A DNA stretch of 64,000 bases from Vulcanimicrobiota bacterium (lineage in GTDB: Bacteria; Vulcanimicrobiota; Vulcanimicrobiia; Vulcanimicrobiales; Vulcanimicrobiaceae): positions 32,001-96,000 of the forward strand of contig CAWGBN010000005.1 in assembly GCA_963820825.1 (NCBI GenBank), in the 5' to 3' direction. The notes under the pieces are model-generated. The model searched no databases. It was not told where the DNA came from and was given only the letters and a program-made list of their open reading frames with translations. Each line of letters begins with the position of its first letter. Within the stretch, counting starts at the first letter, position 1. The position numbers were made by a program, and so were the translations under genes. Below, piece by piece: positions 1-10,338 of the stretch.

Positions 1-224
1 ATTCGAAGTTCAGCCTCGTCAATATCGTCACCAAGCGCGCCCGTCAACTGAACAACTGGATTCGCGTCCAGCAGCTTCCGGCGTCCGACCGCCGCGAATA
101 CTTCGCCAGCGAACCGCTCGTCGACAAAGAGACGATCAATCCGAATAAGCCGGTCTCGATCGCGCTCGACGAGATTGCGGAAGGCAAGATCGGCTACCGG
201 CGCACGCGCGAAGGCATCAAGTAG
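1..224 (+). CDS. rpoZ: RNA polymerase omega subunit (5'-truncated by window edge)
   Basis: Manual translation from nt 3: SKFSLVNIVTKRARQL...KPVSIALDEIAEGKI...TAG at 222-224; typical omega motifs. Confidence 0.9.
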   Translation, partial: SKFSLVNIVTKRARQLNNWIRVQQLPASDRREYFASEPLVDKETINPNKPVSIALDEIAEGKIGYRRTREGIK

Positions 225-230
225 AAGCAG

Positions 231-2072
231 ATGTGCGGGATCGTCGGATATATCGGTCAGCGCGACAGCGTCCCGATCATTCTCGACGCATTGCAGCGCC
301 TCGAGTACCGGGGGTACGACAGCGCGGGCATCGCGGTCATCGACGCCGCGGGCGAGTTGACGGGTTCGAAGGCCGAGGGCAAGCTCTCGCGGCTCGCGCA
401 GCGGCTCAATAACGGCGAATCACTCGCCGGCGCGGTCGGCGTGGGCCATACCCGGTGGGCCACCCACGGCGCGCCCTCCGATGCCAACGCCCACCCGCAT
501 CTCGATTGCCGCGGGCGCATCGCGGTCGTTCATAACGGAATCATCGAAAACTATGCCGCGCTGCGCGCGCGTCTGCTCGAGCTCGGCCACATCTTCAGCA
601 GCGAGACCGATACCGAGGTGCTGGCGCACCTGATCGAGCTGCATTACGACGGCGATCTCGAAGCGGCGGTGCGCCGCACGGTGCACGAGATCCGCGGCGC
701 CTACGCGCTCGGCGTCATCTCGAGCGACGATCCCGATCGGCTGATCTTCGCGCGCAACGGCGCCAGCCCGCTGGTTCTCGGCATCGGCGACGGCGAGATG
801 TACGTCGCCTCCGATACGCCGGCGATCCTCCCCTACACGCGGCGCGAGATCATCATGCAGGAGAGTGAGATCGCGGTCGTCTCGCGCGAGGGAGTTCGTC
901 TGACAGACTACTCCGGCGCACCGATCGAGCGCGATCCGATCGTGATTACCTGGGACGCCGGCTCCGCCGAAAAGACCGGCTATAAGCACTTCATGCTCAA
1001 AGAGATCTTCGAGCAGCCGCAGGTCATCAAAGAGACGCTCAGCGGCCGTATCGACGAGAGTGGCGGCGTGCATTTGGGCGCCGAACTCGGAGCGATCAGC
1101 GCCGATCGGCTGCGCGCGATCAGCAAGATCGCGATCACCGGCTGCGGGACTGCATATCACGCCGGAATGGTCGGAATGTATCTGCTCCGCTCGCTCGTGC
1201 GGCTTCCGGTCGAGATGGAGTTGGCCAGCGAGTTTCGCTACGGCGATCCGGTCATCGACCCGACGACGCTCGTGATCGCGATGTCGCAGTCGGGCGAGAC
1301 CGCCGACACGATCGAAGCGGTCCGAATCGCCAAAGCGGAAGGGACCGACGTGCTGGGGATCTGCAACGTGCTCGGATCCCATCTCTCGCGACTCGCCGAC
1401 GGAATGCTCTACACCCGCGGCGGCCCCGAGATCGGCGTCGCGGCGACGAAGACCTACGTCTCGCAAGTGATTGCGATGACGCTCTTCGCCCTCTATCTCG
1501 CGCGGCTTCGCGGAACGACCGACGAACGGCGCCTCAACGAGATTGCCGACGGGACGAAACTCCTCCCGGCCGCGGTCGACGTCGTGCTCGACACCTCCGA
1601 CGAGATTCGCAAGGTCGCACGCAAGCTGCGAAGAGCGCAGAGCGTGCTCTTCATCGGGCGCTACGTCAATTTTCCGACTGCGCTCGAGGGTGCGCTCAAA
1701 CTAAAGGAGATTTCGTACATTCACGCCGAGGGCTATCCCGCCGGCGAGATGAAGCACGGACCGATCGCACTGCTCGATTCGACCGTGCCGGTGGTCGGCA
1801 TCGCAACCGACGACCGCGTCCGAGAGAAGATGATCTCGAACCTGATGGAGTCGAAAGCGCGCGAAGCGCCGGTGGTCGTGGTCGCCAACCACGACGATCG
1901 TGAAGTAGCCGGCGTCGCCGATCACGTCTTCTGGGTGCCGAAGGTCGACGAGCTGCTCTCGCCGATCGTCAACGTCATTCCGCTGCAGCTTCTCGCCTAT
2001 CACATCGCCGACATCGAGGGGAAGGACGTCGATCAGCCGCGGAATCTCGCCAAGACCGTGACGGTTGAGTAG
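231..2072 (+). CDS. glmS: glutamine--fructose-6-phosphate aminotransferase
   Basis: MCGIVG N-terminus, [18 protein letters not shown]-terminal [11 protein letters not shown]. Confidence 0.98.
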   Translation: MCGIVGYIGQRDSVPIILDALQRLEYRGYDSAGIAVIDAAGELTGSKAEGKLSRLAQRLNNGESLAGAVGVGHTRWATHGAPSDANAHPHLDCRGRIAVVHNGIIENYAALRARLLELGHIFSSETDTEVLAHLIELHYDGDLEAAVRRTVHEIRGAYALGVISSDDPDRLIFARNGASPLVLGIGDGEMYVASDTPAILPYTRREIIMQESEIAVVSREGVRLTDYSGAPIERDPIVITWDAGSAEKTGYKHFMLKEIFEQPQVIKETLSGRIDESGGVHLGAELGAISADRLRAISKIAITGCGTAYHAGMVGMYLLRSLVRLPVEMELASEFRYGDPVIDPTTLVIAMSQSGETADTIEAVRIAKAEGTDVLGICNVLGSHLSRLADGMLYTRGGPEIGVAATKTYVSQVIAMTLFALYLARLRGTTDERRLNEIADGTKLLPAAVDVVLDTSDEIRKVARKLRRAQSVLFIGRYVNFPTALEGALKLKEISYIHAEGYPAGEMKHGPIALLDSTVPVVGIATDDRVREKMISNLMESKAREAPVVVVANHDDREVAGVADHVFWVPKVDELLSPIVNVIPLQLLAYHIADIEGKDVDQPRNLAKTVTVE

Positions 2073-2083
2073 GAAACGTCCCG

Positions 2084-2821
2084 GTGATCCGTAGCGACGG
2101 CCGAGCGCGCGACGAACTGCGCCCGATCACGATCGAGCCGAACTTTCTCAAATACGCCGAGGGCAGCGCTCTGATCAGCATCGGAAACACCCGGCTGATC
2201 TGCGCGGCTTCGGTGGAAGAGCGCGTCCCGGCGTGGATGAAGGGACGTGGCCTCGGCTGGGTGACCGCCGAATATGCGATGCTCCCGCGCGCGACCCAGG
2301 AGCGAACGCAACGCGAGGCGGCCCGCGGCCGCGTAGGCGGACGAACGCACGAGATTCAGCGGATCATCGGACGCGCGCTGCGCGCGGTGACCGACACGAG
2401 CAGACTCGGCGAACGGACGGTCTGGCTCGATTGCGATGTAATTCAAGCCGACGGCGGAACGCGCACGGCCGCGGTGACCGGCGCGTGGGTAGCGCTCGCG
2501 CTCGCGCTGCGGACGCGCTTCGATCCGGCCGACGGAGCGCATTGGCCGCTCTCCGCGATGGTGGCGGCAACGAGCGTCGGGATCGTCGCCGGCACGCCGC
2601 TGCTCGATCTGGCCTACGACGAGGATAGTCAAGCGCACGTCGATATGAACGTCTTCATGACCGATGCCGGGCGATTCGTTGAGCTCCAGGGTACGGCCGA
2701 AGCCGCGCCGTTCGATCGCCGCGAACTCGAGACGCTGCTCGCGCTCGCCGAGACCGGAATCCGTAAGCTCTTCGCGCTTCAGAGTGCGGCGCTCGACGCG
2801 CCGGCGCCGCATGCCGGCTGA
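2084..2821 (+). CDS. rph: ribonuclease PH
   Basis: [36 protein letters not shown] motifs. Confidence 0.97.
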   Translation: MIRSDGRARDELRPITIEPNFLKYAEGSALISIGNTRLICAASVEERVPAWMKGRGLGWVTAEYAMLPRATQERTQREAARGRVGGRTHEIQRIIGRALRAVTDTSRLGERTVWLDCDVIQADGGTRTAAVTGAWVALALALRTRFDPADGAHWPLSAMVAATSVGIVAGTPLLDLAYDEDSQAHVDMNVFMTDAGRFVELQGTAEAAPFDRRELETLLALAETGIRKLFALQSAALDAPAPHAG

Positions 2822-3149
2822 CGCGGCGTTGGCCGAGCTCGTCAAACAGGTCGGCGCCTTCCACATCACGCAACGCGCGATGGTGCGAGCACAACGCGCG
2901 ATCGAAGCGGCGATTGCCGCCGGCACGCTCGACGAGGCAACCCGAGGCGCGTACCTTGCCGAGGTGCGCCGCTATTTCCAGGGATTCGATTCCGAGGCGC
3001 GGGCGCATCTGCGCGACGTCGACCGGCGCCTCGAGCGGGCCAATCAAGTGCACTTCAATCTCGCCGCCGAGCGCGGGGTGGCGGTGAAACGCATCGAGGC
3101 GACGCAAGCGGTGCTCGACGCGCTCGCTCCGCTCGACGCCACGCCGTGA
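2811..3149 (+). CDS. hypothetical helical/coiled-coil protein
   Basis: ATG at 2811 overlaps the rph stop and its stop overlaps the mlaE start; amphipathic helical sequence. Confidence 0.7.
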   Translation: MPADAALAELVKQVGAFHITQRAMVRAQRAIEAAIAAGTLDEATRGAYLAEVRRYFQGFDSEARAHLRDVDRRLERANQVHFNLAAERGVAVKRIEATQAVLDALAPLDATP

Positions 3150-3916
3150 GACTCCTCGACCGCTTCGGGCGGGCGACGACGAATTTCTTCGAATACGCCG
3201 GCGGCTTGACGCTGCTCTCGGCCGAGTCGCTCGGCTTCATGGCGCGTCTGCGCATCCGCATCAACGAAACGATCTCGCAGTGCGCGCTGCTCGGCGTGCA
3301 GTCGGTCGTCATCGTCATGCTGACCGCGCTCTTTACCGGCATGGTCATCTCGCTCGAATCGGCGCAGCAAGCGGTCGCGTACGGCTTCGGCGGGTTCGTG
3401 GGCGGCGCGGTGGCCTACGCATCGGTGCGCGAACTGGGACCGATGCTGACCGCGGTCGTCGTCGCCGGCCGCGTCGGCTCGGCGATTGCAGCCGAGCTCG
3501 GTTCGATGGTGGTCACCGAACAGATCGAAGCCCTCCGATCGATGGGTTTGGAACCGACCCGCTTTCTCGTGGTGCCGCGGTTCGCGGCGATGCTCCTGAT
3601 GCTGCCGCTGCTCACGATTCTCGCCGACGTCGTCTCGATCGTCGGCGGCATGTGGGTCGCCCAGACGTACGCCCATATCTCCTACGATTCGTTCATCGCC
3701 TCGGTGCGGCAGCAGATCGACTTCCCCGACGTTCTCAAAGGATTGGTAAAGTCGTTCGTTTTCGCAGCGATCATCGCAATCGTCGGCGCCTACCAAGGGC
3801 TCTCGACGCGGGGCGGAGCGGCGGGCGTCGGCAAGTCGACGACGGGCTCGGTGGTGCTCTCGATCATTCTGATCTTCGGATCGAACTTCGTGCTTTCGTT
3901 TCTGCTCTTCCGGTAA
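3146..3916 (+). CDS. mlaE: MlaE-family ABC permease
   Basis: RELGPMLTAVVVAGRVGSAIAAELGSM..TEQIEAL signature. Confidence 0.95.
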   Translation: MRLLDRFGRATTNFFEYAGGLTLLSAESLGFMARLRIRINETISQCALLGVQSVVIVMLTALFTGMVISLESAQQAVAYGFGGFVGGAVAYASVRELGPMLTAVVVAGRVGSAIAAELGSMVVTEQIEALRSMGLEPTRFLVVPRFAAMLLMLPLLTILADVVSIVGGMWVAQTYAHISYDSFIASVRQQIDFPDVLKGLVKSFVFAAIIAIVGAYQGLSTRGGAAGVGKSTTGSVVLSIILIFGSNFVLSFLLFR

Positions 3917-3918
3917 CC

Positions 3919-4686
3919 GTGGATCGCACCGGCTCCAACTTGATCGCCCGCCTCGATGACGTCAGCCTCGCCTTCGGCGATCGCGTCGTCTTGAAGAACT
4001 GCTCGCTCGACATCGCCGAAGGGGCGATCACCTGTATCATCGGCCTGACCGGTGCGGGAAAATCGACGATCCTGCGGCTACTCGACGGGCTCTTGCTTCC
4101 CAACGCGGGCCACGTCTACGTGCGCGATCAGGATATCTGCCATATGTCGGAGGAGCAGCTCAACCGGATGCGCCGCAAGATCAGTCTTTCGTTTCAGTTC
4201 TCGGCCCTTCTCGACAGCCTGACGGTCGGCGAGAACGTCGCGCTGCCGCTGCGCGAGCGCACGAAGCTCTCGGAAGCGCAGATCCGCGGGCTGGTCATGG
4301 ATTCGCTCGAGAGCGTCGGTCTGACCAGCGCGTACGACAACCTTCCCGCGGAGCTCTCGGGCGGAATGCTTAAACGCGCCGGCTTCGCGCGGGCCATCGT
4401 CACCGGGCCGGAACTCGTGCTCTACGACGAGCCGACGACCGGCCTCGATCCGATCGTCACCAACCTGATTACCGATACGATCCTCAAACTGCGGGCGAAG
4501 CTCAAGGGAACCGCGGTGGTGATATCCCACGATCTCGCCTCGATCTTCGCGATGGCCGACTACGTCGCGATGCTCTTCGAAGGCGCAATCATTGCATACG
4601 ATACCGCCGAGCGGATTCGAAACTCGACCAATCCGATCGTAGTCCAGTTCCTGCAAGGCTCCGAAGTCGGGCCGATTCCGATCTGA
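3919..4686 (+). CDS. mlaF: MlaF-family ABC ATPase
   Basis: Walker A GLTGAGKST, LSGGMLKR, LYDEPTTGLDP; GTG at 3919 is in frame with the long ORF. Confidence 0.93.
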   Translation: MDRTGSNLIARLDDVSLAFGDRVVLKNCSLDIAEGAITCIIGLTGAGKSTILRLLDGLLLPNAGHVYVRDQDICHMSEEQLNRMRRKISLSFQFSALLDSLTVGENVALPLRERTKLSEAQIRGLVMDSLESVGLTSAYDNLPAELSGGMLKRAGFARAIVTGPELVLYDEPTTGLDPIVTNLITDTILKLRAKLKGTAVVISHDLASIFAMADYVAMLFEGAIIAYDTAERIRNSTNPIVVQFLQGSEVGPIPI

Positions 4687-4762
4687 TGACGCGCTCCACC
4701 TCGCACGCGTCCGTTCGCCCGCCAGCGAGGCGATTTATCGCCGTCCGAGTAATAGAGCGCCC

Positions 4763-6329
4763 ATGACCAGGCAAGCTCAGGTCGGCGCGTTCGCAATCGT
4801 CGCACTGCTGATGCTTTTCGGGATCTTCTACGTGATCACCGATTTCGGAACGCGCCACACGGGCTATCGGATCGGCGTCCATTTCCAATCGGCCGCCGGC
4901 GCAACACCCGGGGCACAAGTCTATTTCAGCGGCGTCGACGTCGGATCGATCGACTCGATCGTGCTGCTCCCCGATAATACCGTCGACGTGATCTTGGCGA
5001 TCAACCGCGACATCGACGTTCCGGCGGCCTCGCGTTTCTTGATACAAGCGCCGCTAACCGGCTCGCCCGTCGTCGTTATTCTGCCGCCGCGCCAAAAACC
5101 GCCGGTGGCGCTGCTTCCCCCGACAGGTATTGCCGCTCGCCGATCAGCCACGCGGCGTGAACGGAACCTCCATCGCGGACCTGCTCGAGCAAGGGCAAGG
5201 GGAGCTCAAACGATTCGATACGGTGATGTCGCTCATCGAGCAGCGCACACCGAAGCTGCTCAACACGCTTCAAACGACGCTCAATAACGCCAACGACCTT
5301 ACCCTGAGCACGAAGAGCTCGCTGCAGCAGCTTTCGAGCGAGCTGCTCGCGCTCGGCACCAGCCTTCAGGGGAATCTGACGGCGGCGAGCGTCAACGTCG
5401 CGCAGCTCTCCGCGACGCTCAACGGCACGGCGACGACGGATTCCAAGAAGGTCGGCGCGCTGCTCGATGAGTTCCAATCGACGGCCGTCGCGCTCAACCG
5501 CTCGATGACCGCGCTGCAAGATTTGGCGACGGATCCGCGCCTCAAGGCCAATATTCTCGCGACGACGCAGAGCATCGCGGAGACGACGCAGACGCTCGCC
5601 GCACTGACGAAAGACTTACGAACCGTAACGGGCGACCCGCAGACGCAGGCGCAGATGCGCAACACGATCGCGAACCTCGACGCGGTCATGCAGAAGGCGA
5701 ACTCGCTGCTCGGCGAGCTCGGCGGAACGAGCAGCGTCTACGGCGTCGACGCGGGCGCGACGCCCGCACCGCTCACGGTTCCGAGCACCTCGCCCTATCC
5801 CGGAGGCCTCCCGGTGCCGTCCGCGACGGCGACGCCCGGTACTGTGAATCCCGAGCTGCGCTCGAAGTTACAGAGTAAGCTGGCCGGTCTCGCGCGCAAT
5901 CTCGTCGCGATTCAGGTTCGGCTGAGCGGACTCTCGCCGCAGCATAACGCCGGGCTCAACCCCGTGCTCACCAGCAGTCAGGGCCCGCTGGGCGACATCA
6001 ACGTCATCGCGCTGCCCCACGGCAGTACGAGCCTGATGTTCGGCGCCAATGCGATCGGCAACAACACCACCTGGAACGCGGTGCTGGAGAAGAACGGCGG
6101 CAACTTCCATCTCGGCGCGGGGGTCCTCTACTCGCAGATCGGCGTGCTCGGGCAGTACGCACCGCTGCACGGTCTCGGCTTCGAGACGCGCGTCTACGAT
6201 CTCACCTATCCGATCATCGACCTCTATGCCAATCTCCACCTGGCGCCGGGTGCGGAACTCTTCTTCGGACAGCGCGACATTACGCACGCCTCGCGGCGCA
6301 ACACCTTCGGGCTCCAATATCAGTTTTGA
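4763..6329 (+). CDS. mlaD: MlaD/MCE protein with long helical region and C-terminal beta-barrel-like domain (one +1 frameshift in C run 5117-5121)
   Basis: TM plus MCE domain in ORF 4763-5287; removing one C joins it (LLPRQVLPLADQ) to ORF 5130-6329, which ends ...FGLQYQF. Confidence 0.88.
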
Positions 6330-6338
6330 TTGACTGCT

Positions 6339-7290
6339 ATGGCTGAGCGCTCGCAACGGCCGCGCATCGGCATCATCGGCGCCGGCGCGATGGGAACGCT
6401 CTTCGGTTTCCGACTTAGCCCAGCGGGGCGACGTGACGATTCTCGACGACAATGCCGATGTGGCACGCGCGGTCGAGCGCAACGGCCTGCGCGTCAACGA
6501 CGAACCCGCGCGAATGGTCGGCGTCGCCAAGCGTGCGCGCGACCTCTACGGTTCGCAGATGCTCTTTCTCTTTGTCAAGGCGGTCGATACGCTGCGCGCC
6601 CTACGCGCCTTTGCCGGGGAGCTCGATCCCTCCGCACCGGTCGTCTCGTTGCAGAACGGGGTCGGAAACGAGGACGCGATCAAGACCGCGCTGGGCGGAG
6701 CCGTTCCCGTCATTCTGGGGATCACCACCGAGTCGTCGCAGACGGTCGGTCCCGGCCACGTTCGCAGCTCCGAGGAAGGCAACACGATCATCGGATCGAT
6801 GACGGCGTCGCCGACGACCGCGCGCACGGTGACGGAACTGCTGACGAGCAGCGGCCTGCGCGCCTCGGTCGTTCACGACATTCGTCCGCACTTGTGGGGG
6901 AAGCTCGTGGCGAATGCCGCGGTCAACGCCCTCTCGGCGCTGCTCGATTGCAATGCCGGTGAAATTCCCCTCGATCCCAACGCGGCTCGGCTCGCCGAGT
7001 CGCTCGCCGAAGAGACCGCGAGCGTTGCCGCCGCACTGAAGATCAATCTTCCGTTCGTCAATCCGTGGCAGTACGTCACCGAAGTCGTCGCGCTCGGCGC
7101 GGATGCAAAGAGCTCCATGGCCTACGACCTCGAATCGGGCCATCCGAGCGAGATCGATCACATCAACGGCGCGGTCGTTGCTTTCGGCCGCCGCACCGGA
7201 ACGCCCACGCCGTTCAACGAAACGATGGTGCGTCTGGTAAAGGCACGCGAAGCGCTGCTCGCGCGCTCACGGCTGCGGCTCGAGACGTAA
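6339..7290 (+). CDS. panE: 2-dehydropantoate 2-reductase (one +1 frameshift in G run ~6425-6428)
   Basis: IGIIGAGAMG N-terminus in one frame; SLQNGVG, WGKLVANAAVN, SSMAYD, EIDHING in the next. Confidence 0.9.
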
Positions 7291-7980
7291 GAGCCGAATC
7301 GCGCCGGCGCCGGTTTCGACGTCGATGCGCTGACCGGAGCCGCCGTTGACGGCGCCGTCGATCGTCTCGGCGGAACCCTTCGAGGTGCCGCGCAATCCGA
7401 AATCGGTAAAGAGCACGCCGTTATCGGTGTGCAGATGAACGCTAAACGCCGCCTTCGCGACGATCCAAACCTCGACGTCTCCGCGACCGCTCGAGAATCG
7501 AAGCGTGCCCGGCCACTGCGACGCACCCATCATCACCGAGACGTTTCCATTCCCAGCGGCGACTTGCGCGTATCCCGGCACTTTGACGTCGACGTTTCCG
7601 TCGCGAGCGACGATGCGAACGTTCCCGGTGATGTCGGTAACGTTGACGTTGCCGCGAGCCGAATCGAGGGCGAGGTTGACGCCGTCGGGAACGCGCACGA
7701 GGAGCGCCTGCAAAGCACCGGGCGCACTCACGACCAGTCCCCCGGCAACCTGTCGCAGGCGGGGTGCGGGCGGCGGCGCCTGCTTCGGTAACGCGGTCGC
7801 CGAAACCGTGTAGAGATCGCGTCGCCCACCGGCGAGCGGCTGGTAGGCATTGACGGCGGCCGTGCCGGTGTGGAGCGTCAGTGAAGCGCCCGGCTTGAGC
7901 ACGCCGACGGTCGTGACGTACGGGGAGGGCGAGCTGCAAGCGACCGTCACGAGCATAAGAAGAAGAAGTGCGAATCTCAC
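7267..7980 (-). CDS. lipoprotein with beta-strand-repeat (DUF4097-like) domain
   Basis: Lipobox VTVAC; repeated GNVxV motifs. Confidence 0.7.
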   Translation of the reverse strand: MRFALLLLMLVTVACSSPSPYVTTVGVLKPGASLTLHTGTAAVNAYQPLAGGRRDLYTVSATALPKQAPPPAPRLRQVAGGLVVSAPGALQALLVRVPDGVNLALDSARGNVNVTDITGNVRIVARDGNVDVKVPGYAQVAAGNGNVSVMMGASQWPGTLRFSSGRGDVEVWIVAKAAFSVHLHTDNGVLFTDFGLRGTSKGSAETIDGAVNGGSGQRIDVETGAGAIRLLRLEPQP

Positions 7981-7994
7981 GAATCGTTTGTTCT

Positions 7995-8831
7995 ATGGGC
8001 TGCAAGGGCCTCATGCACGCAGCGTTCGCGCTGATCCTCGCCGGTTGCGGCAGCGCGATGCCGCCGCCGGGCGCGCCCTCCGCGAACTCCGCGATCGCGG
8101 GCGACGCCGCGCGCTGGATACCATCCGCGGGGCAATCCTATCAGATTCAGTACGACGGTACGCTCGATCTGAACGTACCGGCAAAGATTTACGATCTCGA
8201 TATGTTCGATACGAAGCCGGCCGTCGTCGCACAACTCCATCGGATGGGCCGGCGCGCCATGTGTTACGTCGACGTCGGGACGTGGGAGAGTTGGCGTCGC
8301 GATGCCGGCAAGTTTCCCAAGAGCGTGCTCGGCCATCGCGACGGGCACTGGAAAGGCGAACGCTGGCTCGACATTCGGCAGACCTCGATTCTCGAGCCGA
8401 TCATGGCCGCCCGCCTCGATCTCTGTAAGAAGAAGGGCTTCGACGGCGTCGATCCCGACAATCTCGACGGCTACGAGAACAAGACCGGCTTCCCGCTCAC
8501 CTACCAAGAGCAGCTGACCTACGACATGTGGGTAGCGACGGCCGCGCACGACCGCGGTTTGACCGCCGACCAGAAAGGCGACAACGACCAGGTCAAAGAC
8601 CTCGTGAAGGTCTACGATTTCGCCGTCGTCGAGCAGTGCTACGAACAGGGATGGTGCAAGCAGTTCGATCTCTACACGAACTCAAACCGGCTCGTGGTCG
8701 ACGTCGAGTACTACCATAGCCAAAAACGGTTTCTCACCGGCAACTGCTCCGAGGCGGCAAAGAATCACGATACGGCCATCCTCAAGCGGCTCGAGCTGAC
8801 CGCCTGGATCCTCACCTGTAAGAAGCAGTAA
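7995..8831 (+). CDS. GH114-like endo-alpha-1,4-polygalactosaminidase lipoprotein
   Basis: LAGC lipobox; MCYVDVGTWESWR, KGFDGVDPDNLDGY, FAVVEQC motifs. Start uncertain (7995 or 8013). Confidence 0.85.
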   Translation: MGCKGLMHAAFALILAGCGSAMPPPGAPSANSAIAGDAARWIPSAGQSYQIQYDGTLDLNVPAKIYDLDMFDTKPAVVAQLHRMGRRAMCYVDVGTWESWRRDAGKFPKSVLGHRDGHWKGERWLDIRQTSILEPIMAARLDLCKKKGFDGVDPDNLDGYENKTGFPLTYQEQLTYDMWVATAAHDRGLTADQKGDNDQVKDLVKVYDFAVVEQCYEQGWCKQFDLYTNSNRLVVDVEYYHSQKRFLTGNCSEAAKNHDTAILKRLELTAWILTCKKQ

Positions 8832-8856
8832 CCCTAGGGAAAGGCTTCGGCGGCGT

Positions 8857-9210
8857 TTAGGGGCGATTCACGTGGACGTCGTACTCGCAAACCGCGACTT
8901 TCGAAAGCACCTTGACCTTGCCGCCGGCGAAGACGAGCTTCACGTCGTGCAGCATGCCCGGGCAGTGCGCGTAGCTGTTCTGCGTGAACTTGATGTAGAA
9001 ATAGTGCCCGGGGGCAATCGGATTGGCCAAGTCGTTGATGCCCCAATTGTCCTGCCGGGAATCCTTATCGTACAGTGCGACGATCGGCACGCTCGTGTCG
9101 TTCCAAACCTTGAAGACGACCGCGTCGGCGGCATTGGACGCCGACGGCGCCCCGACGGCGGCCGCACCGGCCGCAATTGCCACCACCGCGGCGATTCGAA
9201 GGCTCTTCAT
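8857..9210 (-). CDS. small secreted protein
   Basis: Ala-rich signal peptide, two Cys, beta-rich mature region. Confidence 0.7.
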   Translation of the reverse strand: MKSLRIAAVVAIAAGAAAVGAPSASNAADAVVFKVWNDTSVPIVALYDKDSRQDNWGINDLANPIAPGHYFYIKFTQNSYAHCPGMLHDVKLVFAGGKVKVLSKVAVCEYDVHVNRP

Positions 9211-9372
9211 GACCACAGCCTTCCGCTAGACCTTCAATCTGCCTGCGCGATGCTCTCGGCGCCCCGCAAACCCGACAGAAGACCCTCGGTGTCAGAGCCT
9301 TCCGGGCTCAAGGAATCTTCTTGTCGCATTGGCGGCCCCGGCTCGCCAAGGAGCTCTTCTCGTCTCGCACGA

Positions 9373-9400
9373 ATGCGATAAAAGATTTATTATGTCGCAT
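9373..9400. other. dif-like tyrosine recombinase site (11-6-11 bp)
   Basis: ATGCGATAAAA-GATTTA-TTATGTCGCAT: imperfect inverted arms, right arm begins TTATGT like XerD arms, AT-rich island in GC-rich DNA. Confidence 0.65.
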
Positions 9401-10330
9401 TCAGACGCCGTGAAGAAGCCCTCGCCGAAGGCCGATCCGCTGATCCGGGACCTGCGTGGGTACCTCCTGACCGAGCGCAAGCGGAGCCCCCTGACCGTCG
9501 AGGCCTACGAGCGCGACCTGATGGAGTTTACGGCGTTCCTGAGGGACGAAGCGCCTCGCGTCGGGCTGCGGTCCGTAAAGTCGACGCAGATTCGCCGCTA
9601 CATCGCGTATCTGTTTGACGTACGCGGCTATGACAGCCGGACCGTCTGCCGGAAGCTTTCCTCGATTCGGGCGCTCTACCGGTTTTTAAAGATCACCGGG
9701 GTGCTCGAGAACGATCCCGCCGCCGCAATCCCGGGTCCGTCGGTCGCGAAGCGCCGGCCGGCGCCGCTTAAGGTGGACGAGGTCGTCAAGCTCTTGCGGA
9801 CCTCGCTGGCCGGCAAGAACGACGCGACCCGTCTGCGGGACGTGGCGATTATGGAGCTGTTCTATGCCAGCGGAATGCGGCGCGCCGAGGTGGCGGGCGT
9901 GCGGCTCGCCGACGTCGATCTCGTGGAACGGACGATTCGTGTTACCGGTAAGGGTAATAAGGAGCGGACGGTGGTGATCAATCGTACCGCGGCGGCAGCG
10001 ATCGAGGCCTATCTCCGAGTTCGGCCCTCTAGTGCCGATCCGGCGCTCTTTCTCGGGCGCGGCGGCAAGGAACTGACGCCGAAGCACGTCTGGCGGATCT
10101 TCCGGGCGATCTATCGCGTGAGCGGCATTCAGAAGCACGCGACGCCGCACACGCTGCGCCACTCCTTCGCAACCCATCTGGTCGAGAACGGCGTCGATCT
10201 CGAAACCGTGCGCGAACTGCTCGGACACGAGAGCCTTGCGACGACGGGCGTCTATCTCCAGCTGGCAATGGGGCATAAGCGCAAAGCCTATGACGAAGCG
10301 CACCCGCGCGACCGGACGGCGGATAAATAA
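9392..10330 (+). CDS. XerC/XerD-family tyrosine recombinase
   Basis: N-terminal SPLTVEAYERDL; catalytic R (SGMRRAE), K (GKGNKER), HTLRH, LLGH, Y. Start at ATG 9392 or GTG 9410. Confidence 0.93.
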   Translation: MSHSDAVKKPSPKADPLIRDLRGYLLTERKRSPLTVEAYERDLMEFTAFLRDEAPRVGLRSVKSTQIRRYIAYLFDVRGYDSRTVCRKLSSIRALYRFLKITGVLENDPAAAIPGPSVAKRRPAPLKVDEVVKLLRTSLAGKNDATRLRDVAIMELFYASGMRRAEVAGVRLADVDLVERTIRVTGKGNKERTVVINRTAAAAIEAYLRVRPSSADPALFLGRGGKELTPKHVWRIFRAIYRVSGIQKHATPHTLRHSFATHLVENGVDLETVRELLGHESLATTGVYLQLAMGHKRKAYDEAHPRDRTADK

Positions 10331-10338
10331 CCGCCGCG

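Noticed and set aside
200..231. glmS ribozyme upstream of glmS
   Set aside because: rpoZ stops 6 nt before the glmS ATG; there is no room and no motif.
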